A stretch of DNA of 64,000 nt from an uncultured delta proteobacterium. Lineage in GTDB: Bacteria > Desulfobacterota > Binatia > UBA9968. The notes beneath the pieces were generated by a model. That model was not told where the DNA came from and did no database searches. It saw nothing but the letters and a program-made list of their open reading frames with translations. Below are positions 10,692-20,919 of the stretch, in pieces. The position numbers were made by a program, and so were the translations under genes. The DNA lies in the NCBI GenBank assembly GCA_963728565.1, contig CAVSLC010000002.1, forward strand, positions 96,001 through 160,000, given 5' to 3'. Within the stretch, counting starts at the first letter, position 1, and every line of letters starts with the position of its first letter.

Positions 10692-11112
10692 AAAATATCT
10701 TAATGATGCTAGAGGATTCACCCTCGTCGAACTGATCGTCGTCGTGATTATCATCGGTCTGCTTGCCGGGCTCGTGCTGCCGCAGTTCATCCGTCAGGAA
10801 GAGAAAGCAAAGCTCAGGACCACCAAGGCGCAAATCGAGCTTTTTGGGACTGCCCTCGATACCTTTCGTTTGGATGTTGGACGCTATCCGACCACCGATG
10901 AAGGCCTGCAAGCGCTTCGACAAAAACCCGGAGGACTGGAACGTTGGGATGGTCCCTATCTGCGAAAGGATCTGCCGTTGGATCCGTGGAGTAAGCCGTA
11001 CGCTTACCGAAGTCCCGGAGAGCACGGCCCTTACGACATTGTGTCCTACGGCGCTGATGGTACACCCGGGGGTGACGGCGATAATCGTGATATTACTAGC
11101 TGGGAAAAATAG
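10675..11112 (+). CDS. gspG: Major pseudopilin GspG
   Basis: GFTLVELIVV prepilin site; D.GRYPT..GL.AL, WDGPYL, DPW..PY.Y..PG, SYGADG.PGG.G...DI.SW. Confidence 0.95.
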   Translation: MIYHSRKYLNDARGFTLVELIVVVIIIGLLAGLVLPQFIRQEEKAKLRTTKAQIELFGTALDTFRLDVGRYPTTDEGLQALRQKPGGLERWDGPYLRKDLPLDPWSKPYAYRSPGEHGPYDIVSYGADGTPGGDGDNRDITSWEK

Positions 11113-11551
11113 TCGCGGCTTTTCTCTGCTCGAGTTGGTTCTCGTTCTGATGGTTCTCGGTCTGAGCGGGCTAGTGGTCCTACCGAACGTTGAGAAAGGA
11201 TTGCGAGACCGTGATTTGCGGCGGTCGGCGCTCGCTTTGGCCGCGGCTGCCCGCGATTTGCGCAGCCAAGCGCTTCACAAAGGGGTGCCGCAACGATTGG
11301 TTCTCAATGTGTCAGAGAGCACTTATCGGGTCGCGCGCAACGAAATCCATTTTCCTTCCAACGTAAAGATCGCCTTAGTTGCTGGCGCTCAAGTTCTGGA
11401 CGGTGGAAGCCGTCAGTTTTTATTCTTTCCTAATGGCAGCACGTTGGGCGGCCGAATTGATCTTACTAGCGGTGCTGATTCAACGTCATATTCGATTCGA
11501 CTTCACCCGCTCACTGGTAGTGTCGACGTGATGCGGGGCGATAGCTCGTGA
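11087..11551 (+). CDS. gspH: Minor pseudopilin GspH
   Basis: GFSLLELVLVL prepilin motif, FFPNGSTLGG, I..LTG. GTG start at 11087 inferred. Confidence 0.85.
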   Translation: MILLAGKNSRGFSLLELVLVLMVLGLSGLVVLPNVEKGLRDRDLRRSALALAAAARDLRSQALHKGVPQRLVLNVSESTYRVARNEIHFPSNVKIALVAGAQVLDGGSRQFLFFPNGSTLGGRIDLTSGADSTSYSIRLHPLTGSVDVMRGDSS

Positions 11552-11961
11552 CGCGTAGCAAATCATGCTTCGGTTCAGGCCGAGGCTTCACTCTGCTCGA
11601 GGTCGTGGTAGCCATGGCCATCGTCGGGCTTGGCGTAGTGACCCTGCTGGAAATCTTCTCCTCGGGTTTGCAACTCGGTGCCCGAAGTCGAGATAGAACT
11701 CAAAACGTTGCTTTTGCCCGTCAGATGATGGATCAGTTCCTGGCGCGGCGCACGCTTGCGGAAGGTACCGAACAGGGCACGACTGGCGACTCCCACCGGT
11801 GGCAGCTTCAGGTCCAGCCTGTCAGGCCCATTGACGGGCTGGTGTTGGGCAACGATTGGGAGCTGAAAGAAATAACTCTTGAGATGTTCGTACCGGAAAC
11901 AGGTCGCGAAAGGCCCGTCGAGCTTAGAACCCTGCGTCTGGTGAAGAAGGGAGATCGCTGA
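11548..11961 (+). CDS. gspI: Minor pseudopilin GspI
   Basis: GFTLLEVVVAMAI and operon position. Confidence 0.85.
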   Translation: MTRSKSCFGSGRGFTLLEVVVAMAIVGLGVVTLLEIFSSGLQLGARSRDRTQNVAFARQMMDQFLARRTLAEGTEQGTTGDSHRWQLQVQPVRPIDGLVLGNDWELKEITLEMFVPETGRERPVELRTLRLVKKGDR

Positions 11962-12599
11962 TGAAAGCATCGCGATGTCCCCGAAATTCGCTCGGCTTTA
12001 CCTTGATCGAAGTCGTTCTCGCGTTAAGTATTTTTGCTCTCATAGGAGCTATTTTGTACGGAGCTTTCTCGCTAAGTCATAGCGCTGTTGCAAAGTCGCA
12101 GGCTAGCTTCGAAGATAATCAAAAACTGCGATCGTTTACGGATTTGTTAGGCAGCTATCTCCGATCCGCATATCCTTATCGACAATCTGTTCAGGATACG
12201 GCGGTATTTTTTGATGGCCAGGAAGACCAACTCACGTTTGTGTCTTCAATCTCTCTGGCTATGGGTGGTCGGGGGATGTCAAAGATTCGCGTTGCCTGGG
12301 ATCCTGCTGAAGAGGGCGAGGGTCCGATCCAGCTCGAAGAAGAGGTGCCGGTGCGGTTTAACTTGAGCGAAGATCGTGATCCCGGCGGTCTGCGACACGA
12401 TCTGATTATACGAGAGCGAGTGAAAGATTTTCGGTTCGCCTATTTGGACCCAAAGAATGAAGACGAACGATGGGAGGAACGCTGGGACGGTAGAGAAAAG
12501 CTGGCGCTTCCGCGCGCCGTTCGCGTCAGCTATCGTAATCATGATGGCAAGGAAATTCGCTGGGTGTTTCCGCTGATGATTAGTGTTTTGGCGCAGTGA
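11961..12599 (+). CDS. gspJ: Minor pseudopilin GspJ
   Basis: GFTLIEVVLALSI; W...W....LPRAVR C-terminal motif. Confidence 0.85.
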   Translation: MKASRCPRNSLGFTLIEVVLALSIFALIGAILYGAFSLSHSAVAKSQASFEDNQKLRSFTDLLGSYLRSAYPYRQSVQDTAVFFDGQEDQLTFVSSISLAMGGRGMSKIRVAWDPAEEGEGPIQLEEEVPVRFNLSEDRDPGGLRHDLIIRERVKDFRFAYLDPKNEDERWEERWDGREKLALPRAVRVSYRNHDGKEIRWVFPLMISVLAQ

Positions 12600-13618
12600 A
12601 AATTGTGGAGTTTTTGAAAACCAAATTAGCCGGCGCCTCAAGCGAGCGTGGCGTCGCGCTTCTGATCGTTCTATGGATATTTATCTTTCTTTTTGTCGTG
12701 GCCTTTGATTTCAGCAGCGGTGTGCGCGAGGAGGCCATCGCAACGCATCGTTATAGCGACGACAATCAAGGCTATTATCTGGCGCTGGCAGGCTTTGAAC
12801 AGGGCCTATACGACTTTCTAAGTCAATCGCGGGGGTCTGAGTTACAGCCCGTCGACAAGCCAAAAGATGTCTTCGATGCCGGCTGGCGCGAGGCAACTCT
12901 CGGTAGCGGTACTTACCGCCTCCGGCTGGTGGACGAGAGCAGCAAAATAAATCTCAATCGAGCAGACGAGAATGTGCTGCGCCGCATTTTTTTCAATCTC
13001 GGGGTCGAAGAACCTCTCGTCGGCGTCTTAATCGATTCGATTCTGGATTGGCGTGATCAGGATGATCTTCATCGGAGTAATGGCGCGGAAGACGATTATT
13101 ACCTTTCCCTCAGTCCTGCCTATACCGCTAAGAACGGCGCCTTTGACAGCCTCGAGGAGTTGCTGTGGGTCAAGGGCGTCACCGCGAGCCTTTATTATGG
13201 TTACGATAGCAGCGGGACTCCAGCTGGCGATGCGCCACGGCCGGGTCTAAGAGAGATTTTTACCGTTGATAGTCCGATTGACCGCGTCAATCTCCGTACC
13301 GCCTCGGCGGCGGTTATTCACGTTTTGCTCGGCATACCACTGGAGAAGTGCCAGGCGTTCGTCGAGGAGAGAACGAAGCTCGCCGATAAGACCCTCGCGG
13401 ATCTGCTGCCGCTCCTGGGGGTTGGCTCTGGTGATGCGGCGCTACAGATGTTTATCTTCGCCAATCCCAGTATCGTCACCATTGAGGCTGAAGGTTATGC
13501 CAGTGAGTCGCGCCAGCCGCGGCGCGTTAAAGGAGTTATCCGCGCCGGCGGCAACCGCGGCTACGAGTTGACCCGCTGGGTGGACCGAGAAATTGGCTAT
13601 CCGACTGAGAGACAATGA
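12596..13618 (+). CDS. gspK: Minor pseudopilin GspK
   Basis: GVALLIVLW, DESSKINLN, ILDWRD.DD, GAEDDYY, SLEELLWVKG. Confidence 0.9.
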   Translation: MKIVEFLKTKLAGASSERGVALLIVLWIFIFLFVVAFDFSSGVREEAIATHRYSDDNQGYYLALAGFEQGLYDFLSQSRGSELQPVDKPKDVFDAGWREATLGSGTYRLRLVDESSKINLNRADENVLRRIFFNLGVEEPLVGVLIDSILDWRDQDDLHRSNGAEDDYYLSLSPAYTAKNGAFDSLEELLWVKGVTASLYYGYDSSGTPAGDAPRPGLREIFTVDSPIDRVNLRTASAAVIHVLLGIPLEKCQAFVEERTKLADKTLADLLPLLGVGSGDAALQMFIFANPSIVTIEAEGYASESRQPRRVKGVIRAGGNRGYELTRWVDREIGYPTERQ

Positions 13619-13682
13619 GGTATGATAGGCAACTTTTGTCTCTCAATGGCAAAAATTTCGGTGCAATTCCAAAAGTTAAACC

Positions 13683-15230
13683 ATGAACTTGTCTAATTCT
13701 ATTAGAAATCTTCCACGCGCCGACTTTCTCAGAAGTGTCGGAATTTACATCACGCGCGACAATCTGGTGTTGGTTCGGCTGCGTAAGAATTTTCTCAGCG
13801 TCACGCTGCTTGAACAGGAGCTGAGAGACCTACCCATCGGGGAAAACCGCCAAGCGATTTCGGAGTTAACCGGATGGATTGCTGAAGACGTGCGTGAGAT
13901 CGCGCTGAAAGCCGAACATGATTCGCGCGAGCGAGCGTTGCGTCAGGCGATTCTCTCGCTCTTGCCCCATTTCAGCGCCGGTAGGGACTCGCTCTATATC
14001 TGTGTCCCACAAGATCAGGCGATAGTGCAAACTATCTATCTACCGCAAGCCGCCGAGGCTAATCTTCAACAGGTGCTGGAATACGAGATCGAACGGCAAT
14101 TACCCTTCAATCGCGATGAAATTTTTTACGATTATCTGCCGATGGGAAAACGCGGCGATAAGATCGGCCTCTATCTGTTCGCCATTCCCAAGAAACATCT
14201 GGCCGGCGTAATGGACGTCTTAGGGTCGTTTGGCATCGTTCCGAGCGGAGTTGAAACGACCGCGACGGCTCTTGCGAATTATCTGCTTTTTTGCAAAAGA
14301 GACTTGGCCGGTTGCGCGGCGATCATTGGCGGCCCCGCAGATGATCGCGAATTAATCGGAGTTCGGGCTAGCCCCGCTGGTTGGACGCAAGCTCCTGAAC
14401 TGCTCTTCTCACACAGATTGCCCGACGCTGAGTGGGCCGAAGGCATCGGCAAGGAACTCATTGCCGAGTGTTTACGTCAAGCCCCAAAACTCTACGGCTG
14501 GGGAAACGCGGAGCACGTCTTTCATTCTGCTAACGGGGAAAAGCTTGAGTGCGAAGATCTCTGTGCTCTGGCAATCGAAAAACTTGGCGGTAGGGACCGG
14601 TTATCGGCTGCAACATTGCCGGCCGTTGGCGCGGCACTGCGCGGCGTTCGAGAAGCGCGCTTGGAGACCAACGTTCTTCGGCCAGCTGGAGCGGATCGCG
14701 GCGCACGGAACAATCTCTCGCGAATGAATTCATTGATGATCGGCTTGCTGGTTCTCTTGCTTTTGGGATGGGGAATTAGCTACCCGATCAAGGACGAATT
14801 ACGACTAAAGCAACTGCAGCAGGAGAATCACAAAACCGAACCTTCTGTGGAGGCTTTGCGCCGTGAGGAGGCCCAACTGCAGGCGGTGCGCAAGGAAGTA
14901 CAGTTTCTATCGGACATCGATCGACGTAAGGGCGAGGTGCTGCGCGTGCTTGATGAACTTTCGAAGGTGGTACCGACCGGCGCTTATTTGTCTAATTTCC
15001 GCTACCGCAATGGCGTCTTGGAAGTCCAGGGCAATGCCGAGAATGCGTCTACATTGATTCCGCTACTAGAGAAGTCGCCGCTCTTTGAGAATGTTGCGTT
15101 CAATGCCCCTTCAAACCGCGGCCGTGACAATCGGGAAACATTTTCGCTGAAAGCCGAGTTGGAGAAACAACCTAACAGCGGGAAATTGCCCCCCGCCGAT
15201 AAGTCTAAAGAGAAGGCTGGGAAGCTATGA
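13683..15230 (+). CDS. gspL: GspL-like protein (PilM-like cytoplasmic domain, TM helix, PilN-like periplasmic domain)
   Basis: LP......L..VL.YEIERQLPF; one TM helix; LDELSKVVP...GNAENASTLIPLLEKSPLFENV.F. Confidence 0.8.
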   Translation: MNLSNSIRNLPRADFLRSVGIYITRDNLVLVRLRKNFLSVTLLEQELRDLPIGENRQAISELTGWIAEDVREIALKAEHDSRERALRQAILSLLPHFSAGRDSLYICVPQDQAIVQTIYLPQAAEANLQQVLEYEIERQLPFNRDEIFYDYLPMGKRGDKIGLYLFAIPKKHLAGVMDVLGSFGIVPSGVETTATALANYLLFCKRDLAGCAAIIGGPADDRELIGVRASPAGWTQAPELLFSHRLPDAEWAEGIGKELIAECLRQAPKLYGWGNAEHVFHSANGEKLECEDLCALAIEKLGGRDRLSAATLPAVGAALRGVREARLETNVLRPAGADRGARNNLSRMNSLMIGLLVLLLLGWGISYPIKDELRLKQLQQENHKTEPSVEALRREEAQLQAVRKEVQFLSDIDRRKGEVLRVLDELSKVVPTGAYLSNFRYRNGVLEVQGNAENASTLIPLLEKSPLFENVAFNAPSNRGRDNRETFSLKAELEKQPNSGKLPPADKSKEKAGKL

Positions 15231-15877
15231 AACAGCTTTGGGCAAGATTATCGAAGCGGGAACGTGGCCTGCTTGTAACCACCTTGCTAATCCTTTTACT
15301 CGTGCTCGGGCGTATTTCGGTGGTGAGTCCCTACATGGCTCATCGTGAGTGGGTACAAACCCAGCTGGAAATACAGCCGCAGCTTCTGGAAAAAAACTTG
15401 CGTTACATTGGACAAAAGGAACAATTGAGTGCTGCATTAGAAGCGGCACGAAACGACGTGAAGGCCCATGAGGCCAAGCTGTTGACGGGCGATACACCAT
15501 CGGTGAATGCCTCGGATTTGCAGGAAACCGTGCAAGGACTAGCGGCTAAGGAAGGTACTCAGGTGATTACCACACGGGTGCTGAATCCGGAAGCTACTGG
15601 AGCTTTTTCCAAGATTGCGATTCAAATGGAAGTCGGCGGTCAAGTCGAGCAGGTTGCTTCGCTTGTTCGCGGCATTGAGACCTCCCCCAAGCTTCTGGTC
15701 ATAGATGAAATCAATGTCCGTTCATTGTTTCGTCCTATCGGTTTGCCGCAACAACAAGGCGCCCAACCAACGGCACAAAATCTACGGGTTAGTATCACTG
15801 TCGCGGGCTTTGCACGCGGACAGGCCGCTGCGGCAAAATCGGACGCGCCAAAGGCGATGGTAGAGAAGGGCGTGTGA
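15227..15877 (+). CDS. gspM: GspM/PilO-like protein
   Basis: LSKRER followed by a TM helix, coiled coil and a ferredoxin-like C-terminus (IETSPKLLVIDEINV). Confidence 0.8.
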   Translation: MKQLWARLSKRERGLLVTTLLILLLVLGRISVVSPYMAHREWVQTQLEIQPQLLEKNLRYIGQKEQLSAALEAARNDVKAHEAKLLTGDTPSVNASDLQETVQGLAAKEGTQVITTRVLNPEATGAFSKIAIQMEVGGQVEQVASLVRGIETSPKLLVIDEINVRSLFRPIGLPQQQGAQPTAQNLRVSITVAGFARGQAAAAKSDAPKAMVEKGV

Positions 15878-16034
15878 GTAGCAGAGCACTGACCTGATTT
15901 TCTAAAATGCCATAGACTGCGTTCGGCAGATGGCGGTTATTTCCGAGAAAAGAAGCCCACGCTTCAAGACTAAAGGTGAACGAGGTTAGCGTGAGGTCTT
16001 TTGTTTACCTGAGAACCCCCTGGAGGATTTCGAA

Positions 16035-16682
16035 ATTTTAAAAAGGTCATCACTGCTCAGCATTCTTCTTTTGGTCGCCATAGGTCTGGTCGGCTGGCGC
16101 ATCTACAAAGTCTGGCAAGAGGAGCCGTGGAGTTTGCCGCAGCAGCCCAAGACGGCGGCTCCGTTAGCGCTTGATGAACAGCCAACCAACGCCAACCCGC
16201 CGCTGCCGGCGGTGAATCCGGATCTGATCATCAGCAAAAATCTCTTTGATCCGGAGCGGGGCGCAGGTGCAACTCGAGAAGCGGAGTTTAATTCTCGCTC
16301 TTTTCAACGAATCCGTAATATGGTCCTGCTTGGTACGGTAATTCTCGGCGAGAGCCGCTCGGCGATTTTGCAAGATCCGGCCACCCAATCGTCTACGCCC
16401 AATGCACCAGCCGCGCCGGTTGGGCCCATGCGCGTAAAACTTGGTGACAGTGTAGAAGGCTTTCGCTTAACTGAAATTGCCGACCGAAGAGTCGTCTTTA
16501 CCAAGGCTGGGTCGAGGGTCGAGGTTCTCCTAGACTATTTCCGGCGAGATGATCCGACATCCGGTCGAACAGTGACACCGCCAAGTCAACGCGTTGCGCC
16601 GGCGGTCGCGCCGAGAGTCGTTCCCAACCTGCCTAGAAGAGGAGCTCTTCCCGCTCCACCAAATCCAAATCCCGAGTCATAA
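16035..16682 (+). CDS. GspC-like single-TM periplasmic protein (start uncertain)
   Basis: TM helix, NLFDPERG, LLGTVI....AIL, GDSVEGFRLTEIADRRVVF (HR-domain-like); lies directly before the secretin. Confidence 0.65.
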   Translation: MLKRSSLLSILLLVAIGLVGWRIYKVWQEEPWSLPQQPKTAAPLALDEQPTNANPPLPAVNPDLIISKNLFDPERGAGATREAEFNSRSFQRIRNMVLLGTVILGESRSAILQDPATQSSTPNAPAAPVGPMRVKLGDSVEGFRLTEIADRRVVFTKAGSRVEVLLDYFRRDDPTSGRTVTPPSQRVAPAVAPRVVPNLPRRGALPAPPNPNPES

Positions 16683-16697
16683 CCAGCAGGAGGATTG

Positions 16698-19600
16698 ATG
16701 CCAGGAAAGTGTTTCAGAGGGTTGGTGACGTTGGTATACGTCACTAGCAGTGTGCTACCGCTCGCTGCACAGCAAGGTCCCACGCAGCCTCCGCTTACAC
16801 CCGTACCCGTGCAACCCACGCCTACAGAACCGAATCAGGCGCCGCCGGGGCAGGGTCAGCCACCGCCGAGTCAGCTTCCGCGCCGCGCCCCTATAGTGCC
16901 GCAACGGCCCCCCTCCTCTGCGCAACAGGTGCCAGGAACCCCTGGCGCATCGGACGGCAGCGTTCCCCAAGGCGTACCCGCACCGGCGCCCGCCCCAGCT
17001 CCGACGCCGATTCCGCCGGAACGAAGAATGTTGCCGCCGCCGAGCACGGCGGGCGGTATGGTTTCGCTGAATTTCAACCGAGCCGACTTAGTCGAGATCA
17101 TTCATATTTTGGCTCAGCACCTTCGCCTGACATACACCATTGATCCCGAGGTTAAGGGAATCGTTACGATTCATAGCGCCGAGCCGTTGCGCCCCGAAGA
17201 TTTGCTGCCCATTTTCCATCAGGTCCTGCGCATGAACAATGCGGTAGCGGTGCGCACCGGAAACATTTACCGGATCACGACGATCAAGGATGCCAAGGGT
17301 CTGGTACGGCCGTTGGCGCAAGGCCGTGAAGACAGTTTCGCGTTGCAGGTTGTTCCGGTGCGATTTTTCTCAGCGGCGGAAATGAAGAAGCTCTTGACTC
17401 CCTTTTTGACACCCGGGGGCGAGCTCGTAGATTATCCGCGGGGAAATTTTCTGGTCATTATCGATCTTCCTTCTAACATCCAGCGCCTAGTCGAAATCGC
17501 CGATATGATCGACGTTCAGGTGTTTGCGGGAACGCGCATGGAGATCTATCAGCCCAAGGTTGCCAGCGCTGAAGAACTTGCCGCCGAAATGACGAAAGTG
17601 ATGCAGTATTACGCCGCCTCGGCGCCACAACAAGAGAACTTCGCTTCTCAATTCGTTCCATTGCCGCGCATCAATCAGCTCTTGGTAATCAGCCACAGCG
17701 AGGCTGCGTGGACTTATGCGAAGAGATGGCTGGAGCGCGTCGACGTTGCTGGTGAAGGACCAGGTAGGCGAATCTTTATATACCCGGTGGAAAATGGCAA
17801 AGCGACGGAGCTGGCCGACGTCTTGACCCAGGCGCTCGGTCAGCCGATGACGGGCAGAAGGGATAGTTCCAGGACCCTTCAAGACTTGCACCGCTCGACG
17901 CCTGGAGGATTCGGACAGTTCGATAGCGGCAGCCGTTCATTGAGTCCATCGTATGGGCGCTCAGGTTTTCAGCAACAAACCCAGCCGTTAGGGGGCGCGT
18001 TTGCCACCGTTCCGGCGCCGGCGCCCGCTCAAGTCCCACCCGCGGCGCCAACCCCCGGATTGCCGCCGGGGTTACCATCCGTGCCGGGGGCTCCTAGACC
18101 GGCGACTCCTGCAGCTCCCGGTGCCAAGCCAGAGGAGCAACTGAGAATCGTGCCTGATCCGGGAACGAATTCATTGATCATCTACGGCACCGTCCAGGAA
18201 TTTCAGAATATCAAAAACATTCTGAAAGAACTCGACATTATCCCGCGCCAGGTTCTCATGGACGTTATGGTGGCCGAAGTTGCGCTAACCGGGTCTGAAT
18301 CATTTGGCGTCGAGTATGAATTGTTTCGCAAATACAACCCGTCGATTTTCGGCCAAACTTTCGACTCTCAAGGAGCGGTGAGAAGCGGGATTTTCAATCA
18401 AGCAACTCGCCCCGCCACCGAAAACTCGCCATTCGCACAGTTCTTGAACGGCATCAGTGGGGTTGCCGGTCGGGGTAATACCATCCGCGCGTTTATCTCC
18501 GCCTTGGCGACCGACAATCGGGCGAAGATCCTCTCGTCGCCGAGTGTCCTGGCGACGGATAACCGGCCGGCGCGAATCCAGGTCGGTCGGGAGATTCCTG
18601 TTTTGTCCTCGCAAGCTCAATCGATTGTCGGCGACAGTCCCATTGTGAACAGCGTGCAATACCGGAACACAGGCGTTATTCTCACGATCATTCCACAAGT
18701 CAATTCACAGGGTTTGGTTCACCTTCAGGTCAAACAAGAGGTTAGCGATGTGGGCGCCCCCTCCTTCGGCAATACCAACTCGCCGTCGTTCACGACCCGC
18801 GATGCGGAAACCACCGCAGTCGTGCAAGATGGGGATACGCTTGCGATAGGCGGGATCATCAGCGACACTACAAGGCGAGATCGCTCAGGAATTCCGTACT
18901 TGATGGACCTTCCAGTGCTTGGGCCGTCTTTTCGGCACCACCAACGATACGTCGGATCGTACCGAGCTGGTCATGCTCATTACGCCCCATGTCGTTCGTA
19001 ACCGAGATGAAGCTCAGCAGGTTACTGAGGGGTTCAAAGAAAAGATCTATGGAGTAAGAAACGAACTCGAACGTTTTTGGATGGAACAGGAGCGATTGAA
19101 ATCAAGAAGGCAGCAGCCTGCCATGCCGCCGGCTGAAATTCCTGCGGTGCCGGGTCCCAGAGAGAATTTACCGATTCCCACTCCGAATACATCGGGGATC
19201 CCAAGGGGTATGCCTGGACCAGCCTTGCCGCAGCACGCGCCGCAGAATCCTGCGCCGCCGCAGCCGTCGATATCCTTGGATAAAAGAGGCAGGAAAAATG
19301 CTTCGTCTATAGAAAGGGCAGGTGCGACGGCGATATCGGATCGTCCCGCAGATGTCGCGGTAGTAACCGAGTTGACCAACCGCAACCCGCCGTTGCCATG
19401 GCCTACATCCCTGCACCAGTCCCCAGCCGATTTAGTTACGCCCAGTGATCCAATGCAAGTCGCACAGGCGCCGCAAGCTGAAAGCATAGCCTCGGCGTTG
19501 TCGGTTCGCTCCATTGACCCAGTTCCGCAATTCGAACGACCGGCACCTACCAAAGCGAGCATAGGTAATCTGATGGGTCCTACGAACCGGGTCTTCACCA

Positions 19601-19887
19601 GCGCAAAAAAAAGCGACCAGGCAACTCGGAATCCTGACATGAATCACATTTGGATGGTCCAGGTTGCGTCTCTGCCGGAAGAAAAAGATGCTGATCAGAT
19701 GGCCGATCGGCTCCGTCAAAAAGGCTACGATGCGCGCGTCATCCGAGCGGCGGTTGACAACCGGCTGCGTTACCGCGTTCGTGTCGGCCAATTGACGACC
19801 CGAAATGAAGCGGTCGAACTAAACAATACGCTCAAAGCAAACGAGAAGTTTTCCGATAGCTACATTTCGCGCGTAACGGTTAGATAA
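16698..19887 (+). CDS. gspD: Type II secretion secretin GspD with Pro-rich N-terminus and C-terminal SPOR domain; frameshift near 18921
   Basis: N0-N3 domains, RQVLMDVMVAEV, SSPSVLATDN, GIPYLMDLPVLG|RLFG...RTELVMLITPHVV across one extra G; C-terminal MVQVASL..A..L..KGY..YRVRVG (SPOR). Confidence 0.9.
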
Positions 19888-19941
19888 AAGCAAGAATCTC
19901 CGCCAGATAGCCACACCCGAATTCCTAGCGAGAAATCTCCC

Positions 19942-19976
19942 GCACCAGCACGGCGGATCCGCCGCTGTGCTGGTGC
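19942..19976. terminator. Strong GC-rich inverted repeat after the T2SS operon
   Basis: GCACCAGCAC-GGCGG-AT-CCGCC-GCT-GTGCTGGTGC; no clear U-tract. Confidence 0.5.
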
Positions 19977-20022
19977 TAAGCACTACCTCGAATTCCTATT
20001 CTCTGGACCCATCTACAAAGCT

Positions 20023-20051
20023 TTCCATAATCTGGACCGCTTTGTTATGAT
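20023..20051 (+). promoter_or_regulatory. Putative sigma-70 promoter (extended -10) for the yqeB operon
   Basis: TTCCAT-N17-TATGAT with TG extension, 12 nt before ATG 20064. Confidence 0.4.
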
Positions 20052-20063
20052 AATTGTAGTTGT

Positions 20064-20897
20064 ATGACGTTGTCGATCTCTGAGTTGATTGTACTCATCC
20101 GTGGTGGCGGCGAGATGGCTACCGGTATCGCGCACCGGTTGCACCGCTGTCACATGCGGGTGTTAATCACTGAAATTACTATGCCCACGTCGGTCCGGAG
20201 AAATGTTGCATTTGCCGAAGCGGTTTACGAAGGCGCTCACACCGTCGAAGGAGTCGAGGCTGTTCGCGCTGCTTCTTGCGATGAAGCTTATCTGGCTTGG
20301 AAGCGAAATCAAATTCCGGTCTTTGTCGATCCCGAGGCCTCGATTCGAGAAATTCTTAAGCCTGTTGTCGTTGTCGACGCCATCATGGCTAAGAAGAATG
20401 GCGTTGCAAAACTCACCGACGCGCCGCTAGTGATTGGTGTCGGTCCAGGCTTCACGGCGGGGCTTGATGTGCATGCGGTGGTTGAAAGTAATCGGGGTCA
20501 TCATTTAGGACGTGTCATCTGGGATGGGGCCGCCGAATCCGACACCGGCATACCCGCTTCGGTGGATGGCTATACAGCGTCCAGAGTTCTGCGGGTGCCG
20601 CAAAGCGGGATCTTTAATGCGCTCCGGGCTATCGGTGATGTGATCGCGATGGGTGATTCGGTCGCAAACGTCAATGGTGAATTGATCAAAGCGGAGATTT
20701 CAGGTCAGATTCGCGGGCTGCTCCGCAATGGCATTCAGGTGCAGCAAGGCATCAAAGCCGGCGACATTGATCCGCGCGGTGAAAGGGGTTATTGTGATTC
20801 GATTTCCGATAAGTCGCGGGCGATCGCCGGCGGCGTTTTGGAAGCGGTTCTTCATTCTCTCGGAGATTTAAAAATTCATGGCGATCTTAAATTCTAA
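20064..20897 (+). CDS. yqeB: Selenium-dependent molybdenum hydroxylase system protein YqeB (EF2563 family)
   Basis: RGGGEMATG, P.SVRR.VAF.EAVY, DAIMAKKN, IGVGPGF, RGHHLGRVI, GDIDPR, ISDKSRAIAGGVLEA. Confidence 0.92.
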   Translation: MTLSISELIVLIRGGGEMATGIAHRLHRCHMRVLITEITMPTSVRRNVAFAEAVYEGAHTVEGVEAVRAASCDEAYLAWKRNQIPVFVDPEASIREILKPVVVVDAIMAKKNGVAKLTDAPLVIGVGPGFTAGLDVHAVVESNRGHHLGRVIWDGAAESDTGIPASVDGYTASRVLRVPQSGIFNALRAIGDVIAMGDSVANVNGELIKAEISGQIRGLLRNGIQVQQGIKAGDIDPRGERGYCDSISDKSRAIAGGVLEAVLHSLGDLKIHGDLKF

Positions 20898-20919
20898 AAT
20901 CTCAAACGGTGAGGCTGGC

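Noticed and set aside
10763-11086. Long N-terminal extension of GspH
   Set aside because: It is a shadow frame over gspG; the prepilin motif begins near 11117.
18919-19887. Separate SPOR gene
   Set aside because: Its N-terminus is the conserved end of the secretin domain, so it belongs to gspD.
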